From: Felis catus
Lineage: Eukaryota
Direction of reading: 5' to 3'
Assembly (NCBI RefSeq): GCF_018350175.1
Contig: NC_058383.1
Location: 22,880,001 to 22,944,000, forward strand
Length of the DNA: 64,000 nucleotides
The notes under the pieces are model-generated. The model ran no database searches and had not been told where the DNA came from. It saw only the letters and a program-made list of their open reading frames with translations. The stretch's first letter is position 1; each line of letters starts with the position of its first letter. The position numbers and the translations under genes are program-made. Shown piece after piece: positions 11,401-22,096 of this stretch.

Positions 11401-12059
11401 TCAGACGAGTCACTGTCCCCGCCAGTCCCCCCTGCACATCATAGGCCACTAACTCCCTAACCACTCTGTCCTACCTCGCGGTGTACCAAACACAACACAT
11501 GCGTGCACCCCTGTTACTTCCACACCACGCCCCACCCCTGGCAGATTACCCTCTGGGCAAGGTGGGGATTTTAGGCAATTTTGCAAGGAACAGGCTCCTT
11601 CTTGAAGCTAATGCCCCCCACCCCCAATGTCCATGAACCTCAGCTAACCTATGAGATGGAATTAGCTCACCTCTGATTTCCCAGTGACCTCCTTGTCTCT
11701 GCGTCAGCCACCCCCTCCAAGGTCACTCCTAGATCCCAGTCTTTCCCTGAAGGCCCACTTCTGCATTAGAAATTCAAACACCCTACCTACTGGTTTGAGC
11801 CTCTGGGTTTCCTCCCAGTGACCCACCCCCCACCCCCCACCCCAACCCGCCCCGTGCACTTCAGCTTTTGCTCACTGTCAGGCTCTCGCCTTTCCTGCAG
11901 TCTTCACTTCTTTCCCTCTCTTCTCTTCATCAGGTCATGTTTCCAAAGATGATCACTTTAGCCACTTCCTTGCCAATATGCTTAACACGTTGTTTCTCAT
12001 TGCACATGCATAGTGAACCCCAAAAGTCAGCCTTCTCCATCCACCATTAAGAGACCGGA

Positions 12060-12555
12060 TTCCTTTTCTCTTGTCCTGTAACAAATGACTACAAATGAAT
12101 TTGCTTAATACACACAAAATGATTGTCTTACAGTTCTGGAGGTCAGAGATCCAACACCCCTAAAATCAAGAAGAGGGAGGACTGTATTTCTTCTAGAGGC
12201 TCTAGGGGAGAACCTATTTCCTTGCCTTTTCTAGCTTGTAAATACTGCCTGCTTTCCTTGGCTTGTGGCCCCTTCCTTTACCTTAAGAGCCAGCAATAGG
12301 GGGCCAAGTTTTTCTCCCGTACCATCTGTCCAGTTCTCTCCCTTTGGCATCCTTCTTCCACTCATCGAGACCCTCATGATTGCATTGGGCCTCCCTAGAG
12401 ATCCTGGATAATCTCTCTCTTTCTAGGCCAGCTGATAGCCAAACTTAATTCTATCTGCAATCTTAATTCCCCTGTGCCATGTAATTTAACAGATTTGCAG
12501 GTTCTGGGAATGAGGACATAGGCATCTTTGGGAGGCCTTTGTTGTGTCTACTGGA
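12060..12555 (-). mobile_element. MaLR LTR (MLT1 family)
   Basis: gtaacaaatgactacaaa...tcttacagttctggaggtcagag...ttgcctttttctagctt, reverse MLT1 signature. Confidence 0.85.
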
Positions 12556-12602
12556 GAGGATGAGCCCTGCTGGAGAAAATTAGTCAACCAAGTTTTTTCG
12601 TG

Positions 12603-12819
12603 TTTTTTTTTTTTTTAAGAGAGCAAGAGTGAGCGTGTGTGCACACACACACGTGCATGCCATGGAAGAGGGCAGAGGGAGAGGGAGAGGGAGAATCTTA
12701 AGCAGGCTCCACACCCAGTGTGGAGCCAATTGTGGGGCTCTATCTCACAATGTTGAGATCATGACCCAAACTGAAATCAAGAGTTAGATCCTTAACTGAC
12801 TGAGCCACCCAGGTGCCCC
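12603..12819 (-). mobile_element. Can-SINE
   Basis: Reverse SINEC with poly-T tail. Confidence 0.9.
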
Positions 12820-13000
12820 AAGATTTTTGACAAGATAAATCTGTGAACTTCTAAAGTAGAAATTTTAGTTTATTATTATCGCTTTTGTAGTAAAGAAGTA
12901 ATACAAATATGGCATGTTTATTCAATGGAATACTCTACAACACTTAAGAAGAACATATTTTATGTATATGAATGTCTGTAGACTTCAAAATCGTGACTGA

Positions 13001-13465
13001 GGGGCACCTGGGTGGCTCAGTCAATTGAGCGTACAACTTCAGCTCAGGTCATGATCTCACAGTCTGTGAGTTCGAGCGCCGTGTTGGGCTCTGTGCTGAC
13101 AGCTCAGAGCCTGGAGACTGCTTCAGATTCTGTGTCTCCCTCTTTCTCTGCCCCTCCCCTGCTCGTGCTCTGTATCTCTCTGTCTCAAAAATGAATAAAA
13201 ACATTTAAAAATTTTTTCAAAATCATGAGTGAAAAACAAAAAAATTGGGGGCACCTGGGTGGCTCAGTCAATTAAGCGTCTGACTTCGTCTCAGGTCATG
13301 ATCTCACAGTTTGTGAGTTCGGGCCTGCTTCGGGCTCTGTGCTGACAGCCCAGAGCCTGGAGCTTGCTTCGGATTCTGTATTTCCCCCTCTCTCTGCTCC
13401 TCCCCTGCTCACATTCTGTCTGTCTCTCAAAAATAAATAAAAGAATTAAAAAAATTTTTTTTAAA
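13001..13465 (+). mobile_element. Two adjacent Can-SINEs (13001-13215, 13247-13465)
   Basis: Two ggggcacctgggtggctcag heads; first has TSD aaaatc(g/a)tga(c/g)tga. Confidence 0.95.
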
Positions 13466-14055
13466 AAGCAAGAAAGTTGGAATAAGAGAGCAAAAGCAAA
13501 TACTTTTATAGTGGTAAAATTCTGTGACAGATACTGTTCCAGGCACTTATATTAAAACTCACAACAACCTCATGGAATTGGTACCAATGTTACCCCTATT
13601 TTACAAATGAAGAAACTGGCACAGAGGTAATTGCTCAAGGTCACAGAAGCATCAGAGTAGGAACTTGAACCCAGATAGTCTTAATCCATGGCCTGGCCAC
13701 TTAACTGCAGCAAACTAATTTGTACAGTATGAATTATTTCAAGGAAATTTTTAAAATATCATAAGGAATTTATAACTATATACTGGAAGGAAACCACCAG
13801 AATTCATGATATTCGGAGTTCAGCAACAGGATGGGGACCAAAGGAATTCTAACTTTAGCTGGAAAGTCTAATTACTTACTTAATTAATTTTTAAAAAATA
13901 CTGAAAGCAAACAGTACAAAATGTTAACTTTTAGTTATGGGTGGTGAGACCCTGGGTGATTGTTTCGTTATTTTTTGTACTTTTCTGTATTTAAAAAAAA
14001 AAAATGATCTCTTTAAAAAAATATTGTGGTCTCTGAACCTGGTGCTGTCTCCACA

Positions 14056-14169
14056 TTTTTTTTTTTTTTAAGATTTTAGTTCTAATCTCTATACTCAACT
14101 TGGGGCTCGAACTCACAACCCTGAGATCAACAGTCATGTACTCCACCTTCTGAGCCAACCAGGCACCCC
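14056..14169 (-). mobile_element. Short older Can-SINE
   Basis: TSD tccacattttt. Confidence 0.85.
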
Positions 14170-14251
14170 TCCACATTTTTTACATATTTTCTTATTGTGC
14201 TGATTGTTTCCACTTCGTTTCACGCATATTTTTCTGTAAATTATCCTAATA

Positions 14252-15051
14252 TAGGAATTCTCAAAGTTTTCGGCCTCAGGAGTCCTTTGCACTTTTAAAT
14301 ATTATTGAAGACCCCAGAGAGTTTTTGCTCATGAAGGTTACATCCATTGATACTTAACCACATTAAAAATTAAAACAGATACTTAAAAAATATTTTTGAT
14401 TCATTAAAATATAAAAATAATAAACCCACTACATGTTAACATAAATAAAATGCCTTTATAAAAAATATTTTCCAAAACAAAGAATATTAGTGGGAAGAAT
14501 GGCATTGGTTAGCAGTTTTGCAAATCTCTTTAATATCTGGCTAGCTAAAGGACAGCGTGATTCTGACATCTGCTTCTGTACTCCGACTATTGTGTTAATG
14601 TTTTTTTGTTGAAATAAATGAAGGAAATACAGTTTCATATAATGTTACCCACATTGCTTTTGTCAACAATTGCCTATGTCCGTACAGATGTCAACATGGA
14701 GAAAAAGGCAAATAACACCTTAGTATTATTATGAAAATAATTTTTTAAACATTTTTTAAATGTTTATTTTTGAGAGAGAGACAGAGCATGAGTGGGGAGG
14801 GGCAGAGAGGGAGGGAGGCACCAAATCCAAAGCAGGCTCCAGGCTCTGAGCTGTCAGCACAGAGCCCGCCTCCGGGCTTGAACCCATGAACTGCAAGATC
14901 ATGACCCGAGCTGAAGTTGGACACTTAACTGACTGAGCCACCCGGGTGCCCCTATTATGAAAATAATTTTGACCCCCTGTTCCTCTTGACAGGGTTTTGG
15001 GAGCCCCACCCCAACGCTGTAAGTCTGTGAACCACACTTTGAAAATGACTG
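14252..15051. mobile_element. Charlie4a-like hAT DNA transposon, interrupted by a Can-SINE (14742-14952, minus)
   Basis: ttctcaaagttttcggcctcaggagtcctttgcac...gaaccacactttgaaaatgactg ends; SINE TSD tattatgaaaataatttt. Confidence 0.8.
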
Positions 15052-15277
15052 CCCTACTTTATTCAGCTGTAACCATACCAAATTAATATTTGACTATCAT
15101 TAACCTGCAAAATGGCAATTTCATATGGCTCAACCTGATACGTATTATTTCAGAGGATTTTCCTCTTGGTTCACACGCTGTATTTTCCTGGCCAGGCTCT
15201 GGTGTTGGATATTATTGGGGTGTGTCTCCTCCAGTACTGTATTGCCGTGAGCAGCTTTGTACAGATGGCATGTGGTT

Positions 15278-15556
15278 CTTTTTTTTTTTTTTTTAATTTT
15301 TTAAAATGTTTGTTTTTTTTGAGAGACAGAGTACAAGTAGGGGATGGGCAGAGAGAGAGGGAGACACAGAATCCAAAGCAGGCTCCAGGCTCTGAGCTGT
15401 CAGCACAGAGCACAAAGCAGGGCTGGAACTCGTGAATCATGAGATCACCACCTGAGCCGATGTTGGACGTTCAACCCACTGAGCCACGCAGCCGCCTTTC
15501 TTCCTTCCTTCCTTCCTTCCTTCCTTCCTTCCTTCCTTCCTTCCTTCCTTCCTTTT

Positions 15557-15627
<71 letters not shown>

Positions 15628-15885
15628 CCTTCATTCCTCCCTCCCTTCCTTCCTTCCTTCTTTCCCTTCTTCCCTTTCTTTCTTTCTAATGTTTATTTAT
15701 TTTTGAGAGACAGAGAGAGAATGTGTGTTAGTGGGGGTGGGGCAAAGAGAGAGGGAGGCAGAGGATCCAAAGCAGGCTCTGCGCTGACAGCAGAGAGCCC
15801 AATAGGGGACTCGAACTCATGAACAGCAAGATTATGACCTGAGGCAAAATCAGACGCTTAACCAACTGAGCCACCCAGGTGCCCC
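15278..15885 (-). mobile_element. Two head-to-tail Can-SINEs separated by a microsatellite-expanded tail
   Basis: SINE bodies at ~15278-15497 and ~15688-15885. Confidence 0.9.
15498..15687. repeat. Compound (CTTC)n(CTTT)n microsatellite
   Basis: Direct reading. Confidence 0.97.
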
Positions 15886-16174
15886 TACATGTCTTTGGGT
15901 CATGATTTCCAGTGTGGGGGTGGCTGGCATTGGGGGGTGTCTAGGAACTATGGACAGGTTGCTGTTAGGCTAACAAATGTTAAGGTATGCATTCCAAGCA
16001 ACTGTGAACAAAGAGTTTTGTTCTCTCAGAGTTGGCTTGGGTTTCTGAAGACTGAACTTGCTTCTTTTTCGACTGAGACCTGGTCTGAGGGATATCAGAG
16101 AATGTCCACGAGGACTTTTGCCAGGTGTTTAGAACTATGCATCATTTGGCCAAATTTAAAACCAAAACCAAACT

Positions 16175-16408
16175 TTTTTTTTTTTTTTTAATTTTTTTTT
16201 TTTTTCAACGTTCACTCACCTCTGGGACAGAGAGAGACAGAGCATGAACGGGGGAGGGGCAGAGAGAGAGGGAGACACAGAATCGGAAGCAGGCTCCAGG
16301 CTCTGAGCCATCAGCCCAGAGCCCGACGCAGGGCTCGAACTCACGGACCGCGAGATCGTGACCTGGCTGAAGCCGGACGCTTAACCGACTGCGCCACCCA
16401 GGCGCCCC
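16175..16408 (-). mobile_element. Young feline SINEC_Fc
   Basis: CpGs retained; TSD aaaaccaaactttt. Confidence 0.97.
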
Positions 16409-16754
16409 AAAACCAAACTTTTTCTAGTGGAAGAACTGTGGGCTGAATTATGGCGCAGTTGGGTGATTTCATGTCTGGATGGATTCATGACTGGTTTGGG
16501 AGGCCTCTAAATACCAACCCCCCCACTGAAAAAAATGATATTGAATATTTGTATATACTAGTGTGGAAGAATGGTTTTCCTCTTTCCTTTAATCAGGTTA
16601 ATGCACTTCAAGGAGATGATAAGATAGTAAAAGGGATCCAAGATCAGCCAAGCCTTCCTTGGTGATCAATGGAGTGTTAGATGCTGTGCTTTATAACCAC
16701 TATTGAAACAATACTTTGCATTAAAAAATAAGGTAATTTTTTTTTTCTTCTCAG

Positions 16755-16797
16755 GAGGAGTGAGGCACTGAGCATCCATTCATTTATTCTACTTCAG
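16755..16797 (+). other. Candidate 43-nt exon (plus strand)
   Basis: Acceptor ttttttttcttctcag|G and consensus donor CAG|GTAAGT. Confidence 0.3.
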
Positions 16798-16812
16798 GTA
16801 AGTGTATCTGAT

Positions 16813-17042
16813 TTTTTTTTTTTAATTTTTTTTTCCCCAATGTTTATTTATTTTTGGGACAGAGAGAGACAGAGCATGAACGGGGGAGGGGCAGAGAGAG
16901 AGAGGGAGACACAGAATCGGGAACAGGCTCCAGGCTCTGAGCCATCAGCCCAGAGCCTGACGCGGGGCTCGAACTCCCGGACCGCGAGATCGTGACCTGG
17001 CTGAAGTCGGACGCTTAACCGACTGCGCCACCCAGGCGCCCC
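16813..17042 (-). mobile_element. Young feline SINEC_Fc
   Basis: TSD taagtgtatctgattt. Confidence 0.97.
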
Positions 17043-17109
17043 TAAGTGTATCTGATTTAGCTCACTTCCTCATCCCTAGTCCACCCCTTCCTCATCCCTA
17101 GTCCATTTC

Positions 17110-17525
17110 ATTTATTACCACTCCATTTAGGATTGGTATAGTCCCAGCTTGGTGATCAGCACATTACATTTCTCTTGGGATGTTGACTGGTTCAAGGGAG
17201 GGAATGTGACCCAAGTCAGGTTAACCATAGTCAATGAAACTCTATACAAAGACTTTTTCCTTTGGAGTACCACAGGCTTCAAGTTGTTCAGATGTGGGGC
17301 TGCAGCTGTGAAGAGGCTATATAAGAATGGAGCCCATCTGGAAAGATGACAGAGAGAAACTAGGTCATAGTTTCATCATGTGACCCATGTCAAGCATCAC
17401 CTCAGGCTACCCTTGGACATTGCAGGTGCCTGAAGCTATAAATCCCCCCCCACCTTTTTTCCTTCTCAAGCTATCTTGCATTGGGGTTTCTGTTGCTTGC
17501 AACCACAAGACTACTAACTGATTCT
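17110..17525 (+). mobile_element. Old MaLR LTR fragment
   Basis: gactggttcaagggagggaatgtgacccaag...ggggtttctgttgcttgcaaccacaagactactaactgat. Confidence 0.65.
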
Positions 17526-17759
17526 GGTGAAAATGTTATCCAAACTACAAAAGAAGTTTGGAGGGACAGGTAGTATATCTTTTTACAGGATCTTGACGGT
17601 CTGGAATGTCTGGCCCTAATCTAAGAAGATAAACTAAGACAAACACAGATGTGAAGTCCTGCAGTTAGGCTCAGACAGATCAGGGCTGTGTTTAAGTACA
17701 GAATGGGCAGCCAGGGCTTGGGACCTGTATGAGGCCCTGAGATAGAGCTTCTTAGAGAT

Positions 17760-17778
17760 GCAGTGCCACCTGCAGGTC
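17760..17778 (-). promoter_or_regulatory. Candidate CTCF site
   Basis: Minus strand GACCTGCAGGTGGCACTGC; one mismatch to CCASYAGRKGGCRS. Confidence 0.45.
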
Positions 17779-18714
17779 TGGAGGCCCTGGGCGCTGGAGC
17801 TCTGGTTTGGTTGGCAGAATCTTTATCCGAGTCTATGGATCAAAGGTGGGTCTCTGGATCTCCAGTCTCATTCCCATAGGCCATAGCACGCTTCGGTGCT
17901 CCTCTGCCTCTGACCACAACAAACAGCTGACACCAAGCTGCCCTTTTTGTTACTCTCCTTTCTCTCCCCAGAATTCCCCGGGCCCATGTCCCCACCCCAC
18001 CCCAATTGTTGCACTACCCCGATTATTGAACTGTGGCGCTATTTGCCAGGCACACGTGTGCTAAGTCTCCTTCTTCCTCCAAAACCAGCCTATGAGGTAG
18101 GTTCTATTTTTGTTCTCATTTTATGGATAAAGAAACAGACTTGCAGATGTTGAGGAATTTGTCCAAACTGCAGAAAAAAACAGGTCTCTCTGAAACCAAA
18201 GTCCGTGTTTTCATACATTTTGCTAAACCGTGGAGTTGTAAACTGGTAGTCCTATAGAGGGGTGTGTGGGGAATGGGGGAGATCCAGTTTTCAAACATAT
18301 TTCGTCACACCACATGGCATTAAAACAATTTTGAGCTAACGTTTAAAAGTCAGGGAATAGCACATAAAAATCAACTTCCTGATTCTCTGGAAAATGAGCA
18401 GTCAGGAGGTCTGGTGACACAGGCCTTCCATTCCTGCTTGGCCCGGGACAGTTGGAGCTGCAGGGCAGCTGAATGAGCCCCGGTTCCCCATGACCCCCAC
18501 TCCCGTGGTGCCCAGAGTTGGTGCAGCCGGCCTGCCCACTTGTCTCCGTCCTGTGGGCATTTGAGCGCGGCTTCCCGGCTGGGCCTCTCCCCTCCAACCG
18601 GCCTCAAAAGCTTCTGGCCACTGCCAAGCCTGGCAGTTTTCACTTTCTTCCCAGAAATCTAACCACAGAGCCCAGATCCCACGGGGCACAGCCAGGCTGG
18701 CGCTCAGGGCTCAC

Positions 18715-18756
18715 CTGGTCACTTGTGGCACATACCTTTCCATTTTTCTCTGTGTA
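18715..18756 (-). other. Candidate 42-nt (or 21-nt) exon
   Basis: CTGATTAAATTTTTTCTCTGGTCCAG| acceptor; donors AAG|GTATGT (18736) and CAG|GTGAGC (18715). Confidence 0.25.
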
Positions 18757-18924
18757 CTGGACCAGAGAAAAAATTTAATCAGCTCCCAAGAGGCCTTGAC
18801 CTAAAGGAAGAAGATCTGGGAATAGATTTACAACTTTGCTATTGAGGTTTTCAGTTGCATCCGGGAATCCTGAGAAAGGTCAGGTTGTGGCTTAGAGACT
18901 TGAAAACACTCGAACACTCTTACA

Positions 18925-19960
18925 TTCTAGGGAGGGAAGACAGACAATAAGCAAATCAGAGAATGTATTTTCTAGAGGGTAATAGCTGCTATGGAGAAAA
19001 AACATTCAGGCCAGAGGAGATTGGACAGAGGTTGGATTTTAGGGAGGATTGTCAGTGTATAGGAGGTGAGGAAGCTAACCCTGCAGATACCTGGAAGAAT
19101 GTACCAGGCAGAAGGAACAGCAAGTGCAAAGCCCCTGAGGCAGAGAGCTTGCCTGGTGTGTTTGAGGAACAGTAAGGAGGCCAGTGTGTCTGGAGCAGAA
19201 GTGAACTAGGAGAAGAGGGGGCTTTAGGAAGCTGGGGAGGAGGGGATAAAACATGTAGGAGGGCCAGTGTAGGGACTGTAATCTTGAGTCATTGAGATGG
19301 AGGGCCTTTGGAGGGCTTGGGATGATGCAACTTGACTGAAAAATTTTTAACATTTTTTTTATTGTGATAAGATATACATAACATAAAATATGCCATTTTA
19401 AGCATTTTTTAAAAATTTATTTATTTTTGGGACAAAGAGAGACAGAGCATGAACAGGGAAGGGTCAGAGAGAGGGAGACACAGAATCGGAAACAGGCTCC
19501 AGGCTCTGAGCTGTCAGCACAGAGCCCGACCCGGGGCTCGAACTCACTGACCGCGAGATCATGACCTGAGCCGCAGTCAGACGCTGAACTGACTGAGCCA
19601 CCCAGGTGCTGCAGAACTTTCTTCCTTTTTAAGACTGAATGATATTCTATTGCATGTATATATTTTCCATTTACCTGTTGATAGACGTTTTGGGGGCTAT
19701 TGTGAATAGTGCTATAATGAGCTTGGGTATACAGATATCTGCTTCAGTTCCTGCCTTCAGTTATTTTGGGTATGTCTGGCTAGAAGTTGAAATGACTCTC
19801 TCTGTAAGAATTCTTGAGAATGGACCACAGGGAGGCTAGAGATGAAGCAAGAACAGGGTGGGTGACATGGAGGTAGTGAGAAGTAGTGAGGTTCTGGGTT
19901 TATTTTTCAGGGGTAGCTGACATGATTTGCTGGGGGATTGGAGGTGAGACGTGGGAAAAT
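18925..19960 (-). mobile_element. L2 fragment interrupted by an L1M piece and a Can-SINE (19405-19608)
   Basis: ccaggcagaaggaacagcaagtgcaaagcccctgaggcag...tttgaggaacagtaaggaggccagtgtg L2 signature. Confidence 0.75.
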
Positions 19961-20450
19961 TTAGCACCAAATCTTCCCAAACAATTGGGTATTTAATGAG
20001 TCGTGGTCACTTTTTTTTGTTTTGTTTTCAGTTATGTGCCTTTTTATTTTTTTTATATTTTATTTTTTAATGATTATTGTTTTTGTATTGAAGTACAGTT
20101 GACACACAATGTTACCTTAGTTCCAGGTGTACAATGTAGCAATTTGACCACCCTGTACTTATGCTGTGCTCACCACAGTGTAATTCCGGTTTGTCATCAT
20201 ACAGTGCTATTCCAGTGTCATTGATTACATTTTCTTTGCTGTGCCTTTTATCCCCAGTGATACTCACTTTTGAAGATTTTGAAGCAAGTTGCAGAACAAT
20301 GCCTACTATAGGACAATTTATAGAAACCATATAAAACAATAGAGTTCATTTTAATGAGTACATATATGTTTATGTAAATGCAGGGACAAAGTTGTACAAG
20401 GGTACACACCAGATTATTAATTGTGGTTACTTCTAGAACGAAAGAGCATT

Positions 20451-20700
20451 GGGGCACCTGGGTGGCTCAGTCGGTTAAGTGGCCGACTTCGGCTCAGGTC
20501 ATGATCTCACAGTCCATGAGTTCAAGCCCCGTGTTGGGCTCTGTGCTGCATGCTCAGAGCCTGGATCCTGCTTCAGATTCTGTGTCTCCCTCTCTCTCTG
20601 ACCCTCCCTCGTTCATGCTCTGTCTCTCTTTGTCTCAAAAAAAAAATAAACATTAAAAAAAAATTAAAAAAAATAGGGCTAGACAGTTTAAAAAAAAAAA
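20451..20700 (+). mobile_element. Can-SINE
   Basis: Full SINEC with A-rich tail. Confidence 0.95.
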
Positions 20701-20761
20701 GAAAGGGCATTAGCAGAGGTAGGATAGTAAAGGGTAATTTTACCTTTAGCTGTATTACTTT

Positions 20762-20916
20762 TTTTTTAATATATGAAATTTATTGTCAAATTGGTTTCCA
20801 TACAACACCCAGTGTTCATCCCAAAAGATGCCCTCTTCAATGCCCATCACCCACCCTCCCCTCCCTCCCACCCCCCATCAACCCTCAGTTTGTTCTCAGT
20901 TTTTAAGAGTCTCTTA
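20762..20916 (-). mobile_element. Very short 5'-truncated feline L1 3' end
   Basis: aatatatgaaatttattgtcaaattggtttccatac...; TSD ctgtattacttt (20750-20761, 20917-20928). Confidence 0.9.
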
Positions 20917-21319
20917 CTGTATTACTTTAAAAAAAAAAAAAGTATTTCGTATATCACTCATGTAATTAAAAACTTGAAAAACCCTAAAAAACAAACAAAA
21001 TAAAAACTTGAAAAACCCTAATAAACAGTGTTTACACTTAAAAAAAAAAGAATAGGAGGAGCCCTGTTTGCTTTAGGACCAAGTCCTCTCAGACAACTGA
21101 GTGTTTTAATGAGTCAGATTCACTTTTGAAGCTATTTAATTGCTACTGAAGTGGCCTGAAATCACTGGTTCAGCTGGGAAAGAAAACAGGAGATGTTCGT
21201 TTGGCTCAGTCTACTGAGAGACAAAGCCTTGCTAGCTAGTGTGGGGCCACAGCCAGCGACAGGCGGGGCAGCCTTAAAGAAATTAGCAATTATGTGGCCT
21301 TCAAAACTAGAGTTTAATA

Positions 21320-21470
21320 GGGGTGCCTGGGTCACCCTGTGGGTTCAGCAGTTGCCTCTTGATTTCCGCTCAGGTCAGGAGCCAGGAGTCGGGCTCTGCA
21401 CTGGCAGTGCGGAGCCTGCTTGGGATTCTCTCCCTCCCTCCCTCTCTCTCTCAAATTAAATAAACTTTAG
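21320..21470 (+). mobile_element. Can-SINE (older, internally deleted)
   Basis: ggggtgcctgggtc head and (CT)n. Confidence 0.8.
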
Positions 21471-21942
21471 AAAATTAGTTTAACCACGTATGTTACAATA
21501 ATCGTTGCAACAACCATAAAATAACAACAGAAACTGTTTACCCTTACGTAGTCCTGTTACTGGACTCAGGTTTGGGGGCCCCCACAATGATATGTAGTGA
21601 GGCTGTACCCCCAAACCAAAGGCACAGGCAAGGCTTTACTGGAGCTACAGCTGGAGCGCGAAGAAGACACAGCACCAACACAACTCTTAGGCTGGCGTTC
21701 TGGAGCGGGGCAGAGGCCCTGCTCCTGTACACGGTTTTGCTCAGGATTCCACTCCCAGCCAATATGCTAACGAGGTCTCTTATTGTCTCATTGTTAAGTG
21801 TAAGTCATTATTTAATAGTGAGGTAGCAAATAACGAGACTGGGAATGCTTACAGCTGGGAGCTTACAACATGCTCCCTGCTCTATAGTTTCCACGGAGCA
21901 GCCAGAATAATCCTTTTATGCTTTAATAATCCAGGTCATAGT

Positions 21943-22055
21943 GGGTACCCGGCTGGCTCAGTTGGTAGAACTCTGTTGTGTAACTCTTCATCTCAGGGTT
22001 GTGAGTTCAAGCCCCACATTGGGCGTGGAGCCTACTTAAAAAAAAAAAAAAGATT
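21943..22055 (+). mobile_element. Short older Can-SINE
   Basis: TSD aataatccaggtc. Confidence 0.85.
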
Positions 22056-22096
22056 TAAATAATCCAGGTCTTAGTAAGCAAACAGAAAAATGCTGG

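Larger units (their letters stand above)
16020..17720 (+). mobile_element. Fragmented CR1/L3 LINE fossil
   Basis: Degenerate CR1 RT segments: GFLK..SF.D..DF.QVF near 16040-16130, ggatggattcatgactggtt near 16480, QDLDGLE..CEVLQLG near 17587-17670. Confidence 0.6.

Noticed and set aside
10717..11464. Long overlapping ORFs (220, 211 and 189 aa) on both strands
   Set aside because: Ala/Arg/Gly/Pro-rich artefacts of stop-codon scarcity in a CpG island; non-ATG starts and no recognisable domain
15437..15822. KERK and SFLP repeat ORFs
   Set aside because: Microsatellite translations
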